DNA of 64,000 bases from Marsupella aquatica. Its lineage: Eukaryota > Plantae > Marchantiophyta. Location: positions 7,304,184-7,368,183 of the forward strand of contig OZ316895.1 in NCBI GenBank assembly GCA_973895155.1, read 5' to 3'. Positions 12,801-24,800 of this stretch are shown here, piece after piece. The position numbers and the translations under genes are program-made. Within the stretch, counting starts at the first letter, position 1. Each line of letters opens with the position of its first letter. The notes beneath the pieces were generated by a model. It was not told the origin of the DNA. It ran no database searches and saw only the letters and a program-made list of their open reading frames with translations.

Positions 12801-15800
12801 TAGAATGGGGTAGATTGGGTACTTTCTGTACTGTTTTCAGGTAAGCGTTTGTAATATCATGTTTTGATAGTGTTTGCTCGTATGACATTACTGTTCAAGA
12901 ACTTTCCTCGACGTTGATCCCAGTGCAATTTTACTCAGATCTGGGCCTGGGAATCTCTGCATATTACATCAGCAGAGTTACAATCCACAGCATTTTCAAG
13001 TGCAGATATGGCAGCAAGTCAAAGAGTGTGGAGTGCTATTGGTTCAACAAGATGTTATGAAAGATTGGAAGTAAACCTTATTGGTGTACAGGTACATTGG
13101 CATCAACCATCACGTGTTAATCCCTGAAGGCATGATTGTTTCGATAGCAAATCGCAGACTTTGGATTTCTAAGCTGTTGACACTAGATTGAAAATTCTGT
13201 GGTGGGGTGATCGTAGGTCATCATTGTTGGTCAGACATCCAACTGGTATGAGAGATTAAGGCATGGTGCAGATGTAGGATCACATCTAGTGGAGAGCTTC
13301 AGCTTGCAGTTAGCAGTTTGCTGCCTGCCAAGTGACCCCGCCAAGATGACTCGTTTGAAGGTGTGTTTTTTGGTTTGTCTGATGTTCCTTGCAACATTTG
13401 ACTCTATGCCATCTCTTTTGGATATTATTATTATCAAGATCGTCACTCTCGGTCATGTCCATACAATTCAGGAATATTCTGTGCCTGAAAACAGTTCTAT
13501 CTCTTGGCTGGTCGTGACAATCTTGTTGTGATAGGACATGGAAGAAGAGGTGGGAGGAAAGCTTTTAACAAAGAAACATTGTTGTCTACTTATTGGGCAG
13601 ATTTCGGGCGAAGTGTCCTCGCTTAGATGGCATGTTTCATCTGGGAAGTGCAGTGCCGTAAAGGCAGTAGTGACGCGAATGCTAGAGAGCTGGGAGAGAA
13701 TCAAAAGCAAAGACAAGGATGGGCAAGATGGGTTTGCAAATGTTGAACTTGGTGTTCAGTCTCTAAATTCAGGAAAAGCAACTTCTGGTGATTCAAACGT
13801 CAGTGCTGTACGTAGGCGATGTCCATCAAAGTTGCATAACAGTAATCAAGCAAGCCGGTTAACCAAATCAGGTCACATGCCAGCTGTTCTGGAGCTCAAT
13901 CTCAATATGAAGGTTGTTACAATGCAAATATATGTTGATGGGCAGTCTGATTCTGAGATTCAGCATATGACACTAACTGCTCAGATGCAAGATATAAGTG
14001 TAAGGTGGGCTTGCCCGACTACCTAACTGTTATTGAATCTTTACGGCGTGTATTGCAACTTTTCCATGCATGTTTTCCCTCTTTTCTTACTTGGATGTTT
14101 GTCATCTAAAAGGGTCCATTTCATGGCCTCTTAGGGGGACCTGTAAACCTTGAAAATAATTGCTTTTTCAATTCTATGACACGATCTTAGCACTGTAAGA
14201 ACAATGTGTTTTGTTTAATTGTTATGTGGAGCTAAACCAAAGCATACAGGGTAGAGCATGTTAAAAGTCTACAATCACTTTCTCTGATAGTCTATATGTG
14301 CATTAAGAATGACGCCTAATACGAGTGCCTTGAAAGAGTAGGTTTATCTGGCCGAGATAATGCAGTACGAAGTACGTCGAGTAGATTTTACCTGTCGAGT
14401 TTGTTACTAGTATGAAGGTCAGTTATTACCCACCAAGTAGTGGATTGGTCGAAACTTTTCATGCAAAGAAGTTTGTCAGGAGGTTTTCTTCAGGCCCATG
14501 CAGAGTGCCTCCGTTCTTTTAGTTTTGTTGATTCTCACTTTTGCTCTTTTGCTGCTTGGAACCTGGCCTTTTGTTCCAATTAGGATCAGCGGACTTCGCT
14601 TTCTTCCATACATTCCTTCGGGTGTGAATTTGGTGGTCTGTCCCACGCATTCGACCATAGACAGTTCCATGCGCATTGGAGGACCAGCATTACTGTAGCT
14701 TGTCTTTAGGCTTTCAAGTCTAGGGATTCATATATATCTTTCTTTGCTTTCTTTTCTTTTCTTTTCTTTTCTTTTCTGGTCTGGTCTAGCTTCTAGCTTC
14801 TAGCTCTGAGTTCCCGTGTTCTGCACCATTTTGTTCGTTATAGTGTCTCTGACTACTAAATGTAGTCCAATCTGTCAAATTTGTATAGGTCTGTTACAGA
14901 TTCAATGTGGTAGCACTCAATGAATGATTTTCTGGTCCATGGGTATCTATTGGGACATTGGACAGAAACGGAGCCGAAGTAAGCCAACTAACTAACCACT
15001 CTCACTTGACTTACCGGGGACATTGGTTTGTGATTTGTTTTGCCTCGTTACTAAAGCCGAGTGTTTCTTTAGCGACATCTGAACATAAGAGGCAGTTTGT
15101 CTCAAGCTCTTGTCCAGTTCTGTGGGCTTGTGTTTGTCTGGCTGTTGCTGCAAAGGGTGCTCTGACCGGGAATTCTGCCTTCATATGGAAAGAATCTACA
15201 GCTTGTGATCAATTCTAACGGGAAGTTGGATTATTTCGTGAATCCAGGTTGAAGCATTGGGACTCGCGAGATGAGTTACAGTTCACGATCAGTAGGGTTC
15301 ATATAGAGGATGCAAATGAGCTGGCCGGGAGTTCCTTACGATACTTGCTGGTTTACTCTGATGGTTCATCAAGCGTTCATCAGACTGCAAGCAGCTCTGG
15401 CGAAATTGCTTGGAGGAGTTCGCAAAGTATATCAAATCGAAGCTGTTTTGTAGCGAAGTTTTATCGTCATGCTGTAAATAATGTGAGAGATTTGAGGCTG
15501 GATTTGAGCTTGCAGCGAATGGAGTGCTACTGCCATCCAAAGGTTATGAGGGCACTGTTTGGGTTTCTCATTACAGTGACGGACACCAAGACTTCTGACA
15601 CATCAGTTGAGCGACAAAGTGGATCTGATTCCCTCGATATTTCTTCAGATGTATGGTCACGACCATATAATTCACAAATATCTGGGGAAAGTACACTAGT
15701 GGATACTGATAGTGACCCAGGGCTAGTTGTTGGAGTCAAACTAAAGGACGTTGCTTTTCATTTGTATGACCCTGGAGGAATTGTTGGCATTCTGGTACTT

Positions 15801-18800
15801 GCTGATGCAAATTCCTCTGTGTCGTTCATGGCGTCTAGGAAAGGCATGATGAAAGTAGTTGCTGTCATCAGAGAGGTCAGAGTTAAGGGACCACGTTGGG
15901 CTTCTGGAAACGTTGGCGGGGATCCGTTTGGAAATTCATCTAATGGACCAGCTGCAACTCTGAGTATAACAATCACAAAAACATGGAAAAGGAACAGCTT
16001 TACAACACGTGACTATTGTGTTGCCGAAGTAGATGTTGCCGTTCAAAATGCACGATTGATCTTGTTGAATGACTACTTTGCTGTGCTCATAGGTTATTGT
16101 ATGAGCTCTGAATGGAAAAAGAACTCGGGAAAGCCTGAGGATCTCGGAAGTAGGTCCTTATCAAGTGATTCTAGGGGAACGGTCTTCCTCTTCAAGGTTG
16201 AAATAAGTGATTCAGTAATATTGTTCCCTAGGGAATCCGGTGATGAGGAGCACATGGAGCTAAACATCCCTAAACTGCTAGTTTCATTCACTCCAGCTGA
16301 GCTAGCCAGGATTGAAGGAGATGGAAGTACCTCAGTTGTATCTGATTCATCGCCGGGACGAGTGGACATTGTCTGCATGGAGTGCCGAGATATATCTGTA
16401 CGATTTCATGGTCTCCATCAAAATCTGGAATCAGTTGTCGATGATGAATTTAGGCTGGTTGAGAATGTCGAGGGAGAAATGATAATCAAGATCCCTACAT
16501 CCGAAGATGGAGCAGAAGCCTGTAAGACTGGGAGCTCTAGTGCGGTTCCAATAATGACAGAGATTGATCTATCAGACCTTCATTTTACTCTGGCAGGTAA
16601 GGTTTTCTAATAAATCCGCATAACAGAGAACTGCCTTTACAAGTAATTTTATAGCGCTTGAGTTCAATATAAGTAAAACCATTTCGATTAATGTAGCTTT
16701 GAAAGGACCACATAAGGTCCACGCTGCCTGCAGTTGGGCAACCCTAGATGGCATTCAACTTTTCTTGTAGACTGGGTGAATATTTACTTTCTTGAATAAC
16801 GTAACAGGATTCTCAGCAACTCTGAATTCAACCTTCTTCCGGTATCTTTGTAAATGTTGTCCAAGTATAGTTGCTATGAGTTTAAGAGATGGACAGCTTA
16901 GTTCTGCGGGATCTTGTGAACAACCTGGTATCCTCTGCTAGATGTCTTATTCAGTTGCTTTTTTGGATGGACAGGGTGGGCCTCAAAGAAAGGAGTCGAA
17001 CTACTGAAGGATTACCAAAAGGAGCTAGCTTCAATTCCGTGGAAATATAAGACCTATGCCTCTGTTGGTTTCCGTTATGGTTTGAGAGACAGAAGTCCGT
17101 TTGTCCAATTGACGCCCCCTCCTACATCTGACTCGTCTCTAAGTTTAAAATCTATTATTTCTCATTTGACGGTCTTTGTGAGGGCTCCAGATGAACCTTC
17201 GGTGAGTGTTTCACGGTTGCAAGCAGATTCTGTGAATATTTATCTTTTCCTTAATCAAGGAGTTATGGAAATTGTGAAGATCGAGCTGTTGTCTCTAGAG
17301 CTTCTGCATGGCTCAGGTCCAAAAACTCTATTTTCTGTTACCGCTGAAAATGATAGCAATGGAGGATGTGACTCAGCTTATGACTTGATTCCGTTACTGT
17401 CTCTGGCCAATAGTGAACTCCAAATCTCTCTTCCTTGTACCAAAGTATGGCTGCACCTTTTGGCTTGGTCAAAGATTATCAGTGCTCTTGTTTCACTGGG
17501 TTCTTCTTCGCCAGTTAAACATGCGAATGCAACATCTGTGTCCTTTTCTGATCAAAAGCTCTTACGGAACGATGGGCAATCTTCTGCTGTTCAATCTCCT
17601 AAACAAGTTTTATCAGATGGAGGGATCATGGACAGTATTGATGTAGCTGTCGGTGGAGGCAAAGAGTTTGTGTCGAATCCTATAGTTAGCACCTCAAAGA
17701 CTCAAGATGACAAGAATTGGCCTGTCCAATTGAAGGTTGCCGTTTTAAATGTGGTGTTTATTCTTCCAGACTATGTTGCTGAAGCTAAGCCAGATTATCA
17801 CAATCATGCATTGAAGAGGAAGCAAAGCAGGCCTAAACTGCTGTGGACAGGGCTGGGAGAGAGTGTAGAAAGTATGTCTGGAGGAAGCAAAGTAGAGGAG
17901 ATTGCAGACGGTGACAGAAGTAAGGGGAAGCAGATTCTCTTGACATGGTCAGTCAGGATTGATGAGATACAAGCGAGCAGGGAGGGGTTGTGCACCTTAT
18001 CTGCTTGTATCATGCATGCAGAAGCAGCCGTCGAGGAAATCTTTGGGGAGGGGCAACGTTTTCACATGCGCTTTTTGCAAGCTAATGAAATCGGAATCAA
18101 GGGACAAATTAACCTCGAGCATTCACTTAAAAATTCGTTTTTGGCAGTTGAAGTGGATTGTGTTGATACCTGGTGCTCGTATAATATCCTGCACTTTCTG
18201 AATGGGTTTCACTTCGAGCCAGTGAAAACCGTATCTTCGTCTTCAGCAACCGAGTATTTCTGCTCGCTAAACCTTCGTCTTCGAAGTTGCTCACTTTTAC
18301 TCAGCGACAGCCGGGTGAGCTCTTGCTAACCATGGATGCTTGGAAATTAGAAGTCGTTTGACTTAGTAAACGCTTCTTGTAATATCCTAATATTCGCAAT
18401 ATCTACAGTTTATCTGAGCGGAAAACATACGCTTTTATAATTGTATGGAAAAAAAACACGGCAGGGGTATCAATTGGTTTTAGAATGACATACTCGATGA
18501 CCTCTTGATAAAATAACGACATGTTTGCATTAAAGATTACAGAGAGTTTATAATTGTCTTTAATGCTCTTGTTAAGATTAAGAGAAAATGGTTTGAAAGC
18601 TCAGTGACTACTAGGATGTGGTCGGTTTACATACGCCTTCTACACTATTAGCTGTTCACGGACATTATTGCTCGAATGCAAAAGGCAAAGTTACCTTTCT
18701 GACTAAGTCTCTTATGTCAGATCCTTTTGGTACAATGCTGACTTTACGAAATGTTATGATGTCTGCAGTGGAGTTGTAATGCACCAATATTCGAGATTAT

Positions 18801-21800
18801 TTTCAAAAAAATTCTTTCTCAAGTTGTTTGGAAGCGCTTTGATATTGAGGCTTCATCATCATCAGAACTGGAGATTCATTATCATAATATACAAAAGGCA
18901 GGTGGAAAGCAGAGTTCCCTTTACATCACAGTTCTGTTTTTGAATGAAAGTCTACAAGAGTCGTCGTGCTGATCAAGTCTTAATTACTTTGGAGAGTGAT
19001 AATGATGATTCTAGGACAAGTCATGCTGGACGAGTTCCAAGTAGGAAAATGGTGATCTGAATCTTGTTTCCAAAGGAAGGTATTGTGTTGATTAGTAGAA
19101 ATCATTGAACTCATAAATAACATCTTGCATTCTGTCTGGGTCCTTGGAAGATTATTCTCTACATTCTCAAAATTAATTCTTACATTGTTATGTGTACAGT
19201 AGTTTTGGTAATTATGCACTCATAGCGGTCTTGTAATTTCAGGTAGCATGGGAACCACTCATGGAGCCCTGGAGTGTATGCTCCAAAATATCTAGATTAT
19301 ATGAGTCAAATACCCCTTCAAGTAGCAGGCCTTTTAGGACGAAGTTTGAGTTGACATCATCAGCTCCACTTAATATAAATGTCACCGAATCACTCATTCA
19401 GGTAAGAGTTTGCAGTCAATTAAAGAGATTGCTTCTCTGAAAGTTTCCGCATAATGTCGTCTTTGATATGGTGTTCTGCTGCAGCTATGAAGCTGAAGAT
19501 TTAGCAGAAGGCACGGAGATTTGGCTTAGATTCGCCACACTCCAATCAAAGACGAAGTCTCATGTTTTGTACTTTTGGATAATGTTTACGTTTTCGCTCA
19601 GCCATGTTATGTCATTGTATGGTAATTCAGGCCATATCTCGAGCAGTGGAGATGTTTCGTGACTCGTGGAAAGAAAAGAGTAATGATGATGCATCAGCAG
19701 ATTTCAATATCAGAGATCCACAATCTGCTGAAAGCTCCTCCATGAGGCGGTATGCTCCATATTGGCTTCAAAATGATACAGGTGTCCCACTTTCGTATTG
19801 GCTTTGTGGGGCGTCGAGGAACAAAGAGAATGATGATGATGCAAGTTCTTTTGGATCTGCACGGAGTTCATGGGGATCATTGAGCCGTGAAGTCGTCCAG
19901 CCAGGATGTTCTGTACCACTTTATGTAGAAGAAGGCCCAGATGAGGTCTTTGTAAGGCGGAGGGCTGGAAAATCTGCTGATGGATACAATGCAAGGAAAA
20001 TGTTCAGCATGCTTCTGCTTCATAGAATGATTTGTGTTCAGCTGGAGGGTACATCACGTCCATCAGTGCCTCTGTCTATTGATCTGGTAGGCTCTGTATC
20101 TTTCGAAGCAGTATTTTCAGATGATTCTGGTGATGGAGGATCTCGGCCCAGTAAAGGATCATTCCAGGAAATCGAATCTGAAAGAGGAGGATCCTTTTCA
20201 GCTCCTGTAATCTTGGAGGTCACAGTGCAGCGCTACAGCAAGCTGGTCAGGGTGTGCTCTATGGTGAGTATGCGGGGACTTGTAAAGCAATAAATTCCGT
20301 GCAGTCATCTGTTTGTGGCTCTGACGACCTTATTGTACTCATATGTTTGCATTCTCAGGTTTCTCTCGTCAACACAACATCAGTAGCACTGGAATTGCGG
20401 TTCGACATCCCGTTCCTTATCTCTCCTAAGGTAGAGTTCCGCCTTGTGTGGTGCAATCCCTTGTCACAGACTGGTCCTTGAGGATGTCGGGTTTTGGGTC
20501 CGGGGGTTAAAGTATAAGTAAATGTAGTCTCAATAGGAAAAGAAGGTTACCAGAGCATAGTCAAAGTCTGCAAAATGCCGACGATTATTTTGGCTCAGTC
20601 ATGAATAGTTAACTTCCATCAGTTATTTTTCACTAAACTATATTCCACGAGTGTTGTCGTTCACGACGAGGGAGGATGCATCTTGGAATGAAGGACGATG
20701 CTGGAATTAAATGGTTCTTTAGACAAATAATTTAATTCTGAAAGACTAAAGACTTCTGTTCTTGAATTCAGTATATGTTTTTGCTCGAATTCCTGGAAAA
20801 ATCTGGATTTTCGTTCGATCAGCCATGTTGCATATACACACACGGTTGCCAGAGCATTTCATTCATGATCCTGGAAACCGTTTCTAAAGGATACTGTACA
20901 TTCTTTACCACTTGCTGGCAGGTTATGAGTCCCATTCTCCCTGGGCACGTTATGGCGTTACCTGTGCATCTAGCTGAAACTGGACGCATGAGGTGGCGGC
21001 CTCTTGGCAACAACCATCTGTGGAGTGAGGTTCAGTTGCTTCCGAACCTTCTAGAAGTTGGGGATACCCGTTTGGGTTTTCACCGCCCAGTTGTTTGCTA
21101 CCCTGGAAATCCTAGTAATGGGGCTTTCCGCTGTTGCATAGCAGTTGAAAATCACCCAATTCCAGCTGCCGAAGCCGTAGCTGCATCCAAAAGTAAAGGA
21201 GAGCAAAGAGATATGATGGGCCGAAATAATGGCATTGATAATTTTGGCATAGGATCATCAAGTGGTTCTGATGATACAAAGGGGTGCATGTTTTGGGATA
21301 TTATTCTCAAGGCACCGCTTGTCATAAAAAACTGCCTCCCATGCTCGTTAGCAATCACAATCGAGACCAGTGCTGGAGTAATGAGCAACGTTTCTGCTCC
21401 TGAGGCACGTCTCCATCCTATGCTTTGTTTTGCAAGTATTGATGAGCCACGGAACATGCTGATTTCTGTTACAGAATACGATATGGTGCATCCGTTTTTA
21501 CTCTGTAAACGATGTAGTGACCTCCGCCTTCATGCGATTCTTGCGGGTAGTTGTCTTACTTGTAATGCTGTGGACATGTTGTGGGATAAATATTGAAAAT
21601 TGAGCAGGTGTGACATGCATCACTCACGAGTTTAGTCGTCTTGCAGGGAGATTCCATTTTTGTTTATGACATTGACACAGCACAGGACATAACCTTGACA
21701 TTTCTGGCATCTTCATTTTTGCCAAGCTCTGTGAAAGTGGCAAACGCTGCATCTTTCTCGATGGAGATGGGAAATGTGGCACAAGATATGAAAGTAACTG

Positions 21801-24800
21801 TTACTCATCATTTTCTGTTCAACCCAGAGGTTACCACAAGTGAGCGCCCAGTACCACATGCTGACAAGTGTTTATGACAAACAGAATTCGTTACTAAAGG
21901 CTTTCACAAGAGTTAGGGAATGGACGCACTTTAATATTTTGGCAAGAACGATTGAATGAATCAGTTTTGAAGTCAAGAGCTTCCCATTTGGGGCAAGAGT
22001 AAAGAGCGTCTCTCGTCAATAGGGTACTTTGGCGCCTCGTGATTGCTTTCTAGATGGCACAGAGATGTGGGCGTTGCTCTGGGTGCAAGATGATGATGGC
22101 TTTTCAAGCTTATCTTTGTGTGTATTTGGTTATCCTTAAGTCTTTCGTCAATGGTGTGCAGCCCCTAAACAGAATTCTGATCATGTCGATGTCATTTTCA
22201 TTTCAGATGCTTCTGTCACGGTCGAAATGGAGATAGATGTAGACTTGGCCAGCGGTGCAAGGGAACTTCGTATATCTGCTCCATTTTGGCTCTACAATTG
22301 CAGCTGCTTGAATCTAGCAGTAATGGATGGTGATGTTGACTTGTTTTCTGGAAGAGAGCAACCCCTTGGTGGAGGCCCAACCAATGATGAAGAAAGGGTT
22401 GAGGAACTATCCTTGCATTCAACAGGATCAAGGTCTTGGCCTACAGCAGTGAACGGTCTGCAAGTTTCTTTGGAGTGTCCTAAGAATGAAAATAGAGACA
22501 CAGTGGTTAAGCGACCAGCTAGACTTAGCTCACAACTTGATAGATACCCAATGTTGCCTATTCGTCTACATGGCAGCCTTGAGAAAAAGTCCGGTAGGCT
22601 TCAAGAAGGTGACTTAAAAGATTCGCAAGGCCTAAGCTCAGAGGAGGAAGAGAAAAGTGTTAAGGAGAATGTGAATAGCCAATTTCTCATGTACTCACCT
22701 GTCCAAGGCACAGATGCAAGTGAATTACACCTTCGGGTAAGGATTGTTCGATCTCACCCTAAAGATTTTGGGAAAGAATTGGGGGATGTACGCTGGTCAC
22801 GACCATTTTTATTAGAACCCCCAGGGGGAACCACGGCAGTCGCTATTCCACAACCAGAGGGGAACGGAGCCTTTGTTGTGGCTGTGATTTCAGCTCCTGC
22901 TCTGGGATCCTGTGCTGGTAAAACGAAAACTATTACCTTTAGACCAAGGTGAGTTCAAAGAGAAGCAAGGAATCTAGTTTCAAGTGATATGGATTAGGTA
23001 GAATGCTGAAAATCCCTGATTTTGATGTTTTGGATATTAAAACCAGGGACTTCAGGAACTGTTGATATTAGTTTATTGTGAGAGCATTTGATCACTTCAC
23101 GTGATATTTTTTCGTAGGTTCTTGCTTGCAAATGTCTCCAAGCAAGTACTGTGTTACAAGCAACAAGGGACGGATAAATTCCAGCGATTGGAAAGGGGAA
23201 ACCACTCTCAACTCCACTGGCATGATGTCAGAAGGTAGTGAACCAATGACAATTGCAAATGCTTCGAAGCTTTCAATCGCCTTTGATGACGAGTGCACGC
23301 AGAAGCCGAATACTACAACAGCAGTTTTCTCGTGACGCAATTCTGCTTTGCCAATAATGATGAGATGAAAACACCTGTTCCAATGAAAGATGGTAGTTTT
23401 TGTTCCATTTTACAGTGTGTGTGTGTGGTCCCGGGTGACTTCTCTTATAATTGAAAAACTGTGTGTATGCCGTAGTGAATATAGATCGTGTGTGTGGACA
23501 TACCTGCTCTGCACGCGATAGCACCGGAAATGAAATTAGAATGTTGTTTCTTATACAGTTTGAGCTTAGTGCCATAATGATGAGATGAAAACACGTGTTC
23601 CAATTGTTGCAAAGGAGAGAACCCACAGAGTGTCATATTTAATCATCCACATAAGGCTGACACTCGGCTAAGTGGGTCACGTAGTCTGGGCTGGACCCTG
23701 CCATTAATGGTTTTGCATCACAATGTAATATTTAATAGCCCATTATTTAACGTATATACTCTCTCCTTAATGCAGGGAGTTTCTTGTATCCATGCGAATT
23801 GATGAACATGGATGGGACTGGTCCGGTGGCTTTGCCCCAGATCAACTTGGAGATACACAGGTTAAGGTGCGGAACCATACGACTGGAAAGATGCATATGC
23901 TTCGGGTTGAAGTCAGTAGCATGTTAGCCTCAGCGGGTGGAGCACAGATTGCTGGTCCAGCCGGGGGTAGCCTAGGGACCTACCTAATTCTACTGTCAGA
24001 TGATGAGACTGGGTTCATGCCTTACCGAATTGAGAATTTTACTCTGGAGGTACGTCTTCTATTAGTTATTCAGTGAACTCTTTGCATGATGAAGGCTCAT
24101 GTGTGCTTGAGATGGTGCTTTTGGGAGCGTTTCTTTAAATGAACGATGATGCCCACTCACAAACGTCTTGGCAATTGTTAGTTTTGTCTACAGAAAGCTT
24201 TGAAATACCTTCCTACTGAGAAATAACGAGAGATGGCAAAATCGTCTGTAGATCGTTTTGAAATGCCCTGCGAATAAGAGGGAAGATAGATAAGCTAGGT
24301 GGGCGTTACAGGAAATTAGGACACAGAGCAAATGAAAGGAAATCCTAGAACTAAGAAATATGAAGTCAGAATGTGCGAGTACTAGAAAACTGAAACAAGC
24401 TGGAAGCTAAAAGCAAGAATATACGTGCATTGGAATAGAAGGAGATGTATTAGTTATAGCTATTGCCATGTAATAAATATCCCAAAGAAAAGCCAAGTCT
24501 TCGTAGGTTGGAATCTCTGCAATGACAATGGAACCTAAGTAAAAACGTGTTAAGAGACTTAGTGTTTGCTATAAGAGAACATGTGAGATCTACTGCACGG
24601 CATCACAGGCAATGAGGATATTGGCCTCGTGGTGGGTTATTTTGGTACCTATCGGTGGGTAACCTCTTGTAAAGTTCACCAGTAGGTAGCGTTGCCTGAC
24701 TAAGAATCGAGTTTGGTGCTCAACAGATGAAATAATAGGTACTCTGAGGATTAAATAGCCTGTGATTTTGGAGCAATTGACAGTTAAAGCAATGGTGAGT

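Noticed and set aside
24240-24560. Gypsy-type LTR end (gggcgttaca at 24301) in a VPS13 intron
   Set aside because: Only a 10-bp terminal motif and purine-rich flank; no partner terminus or TSD found.
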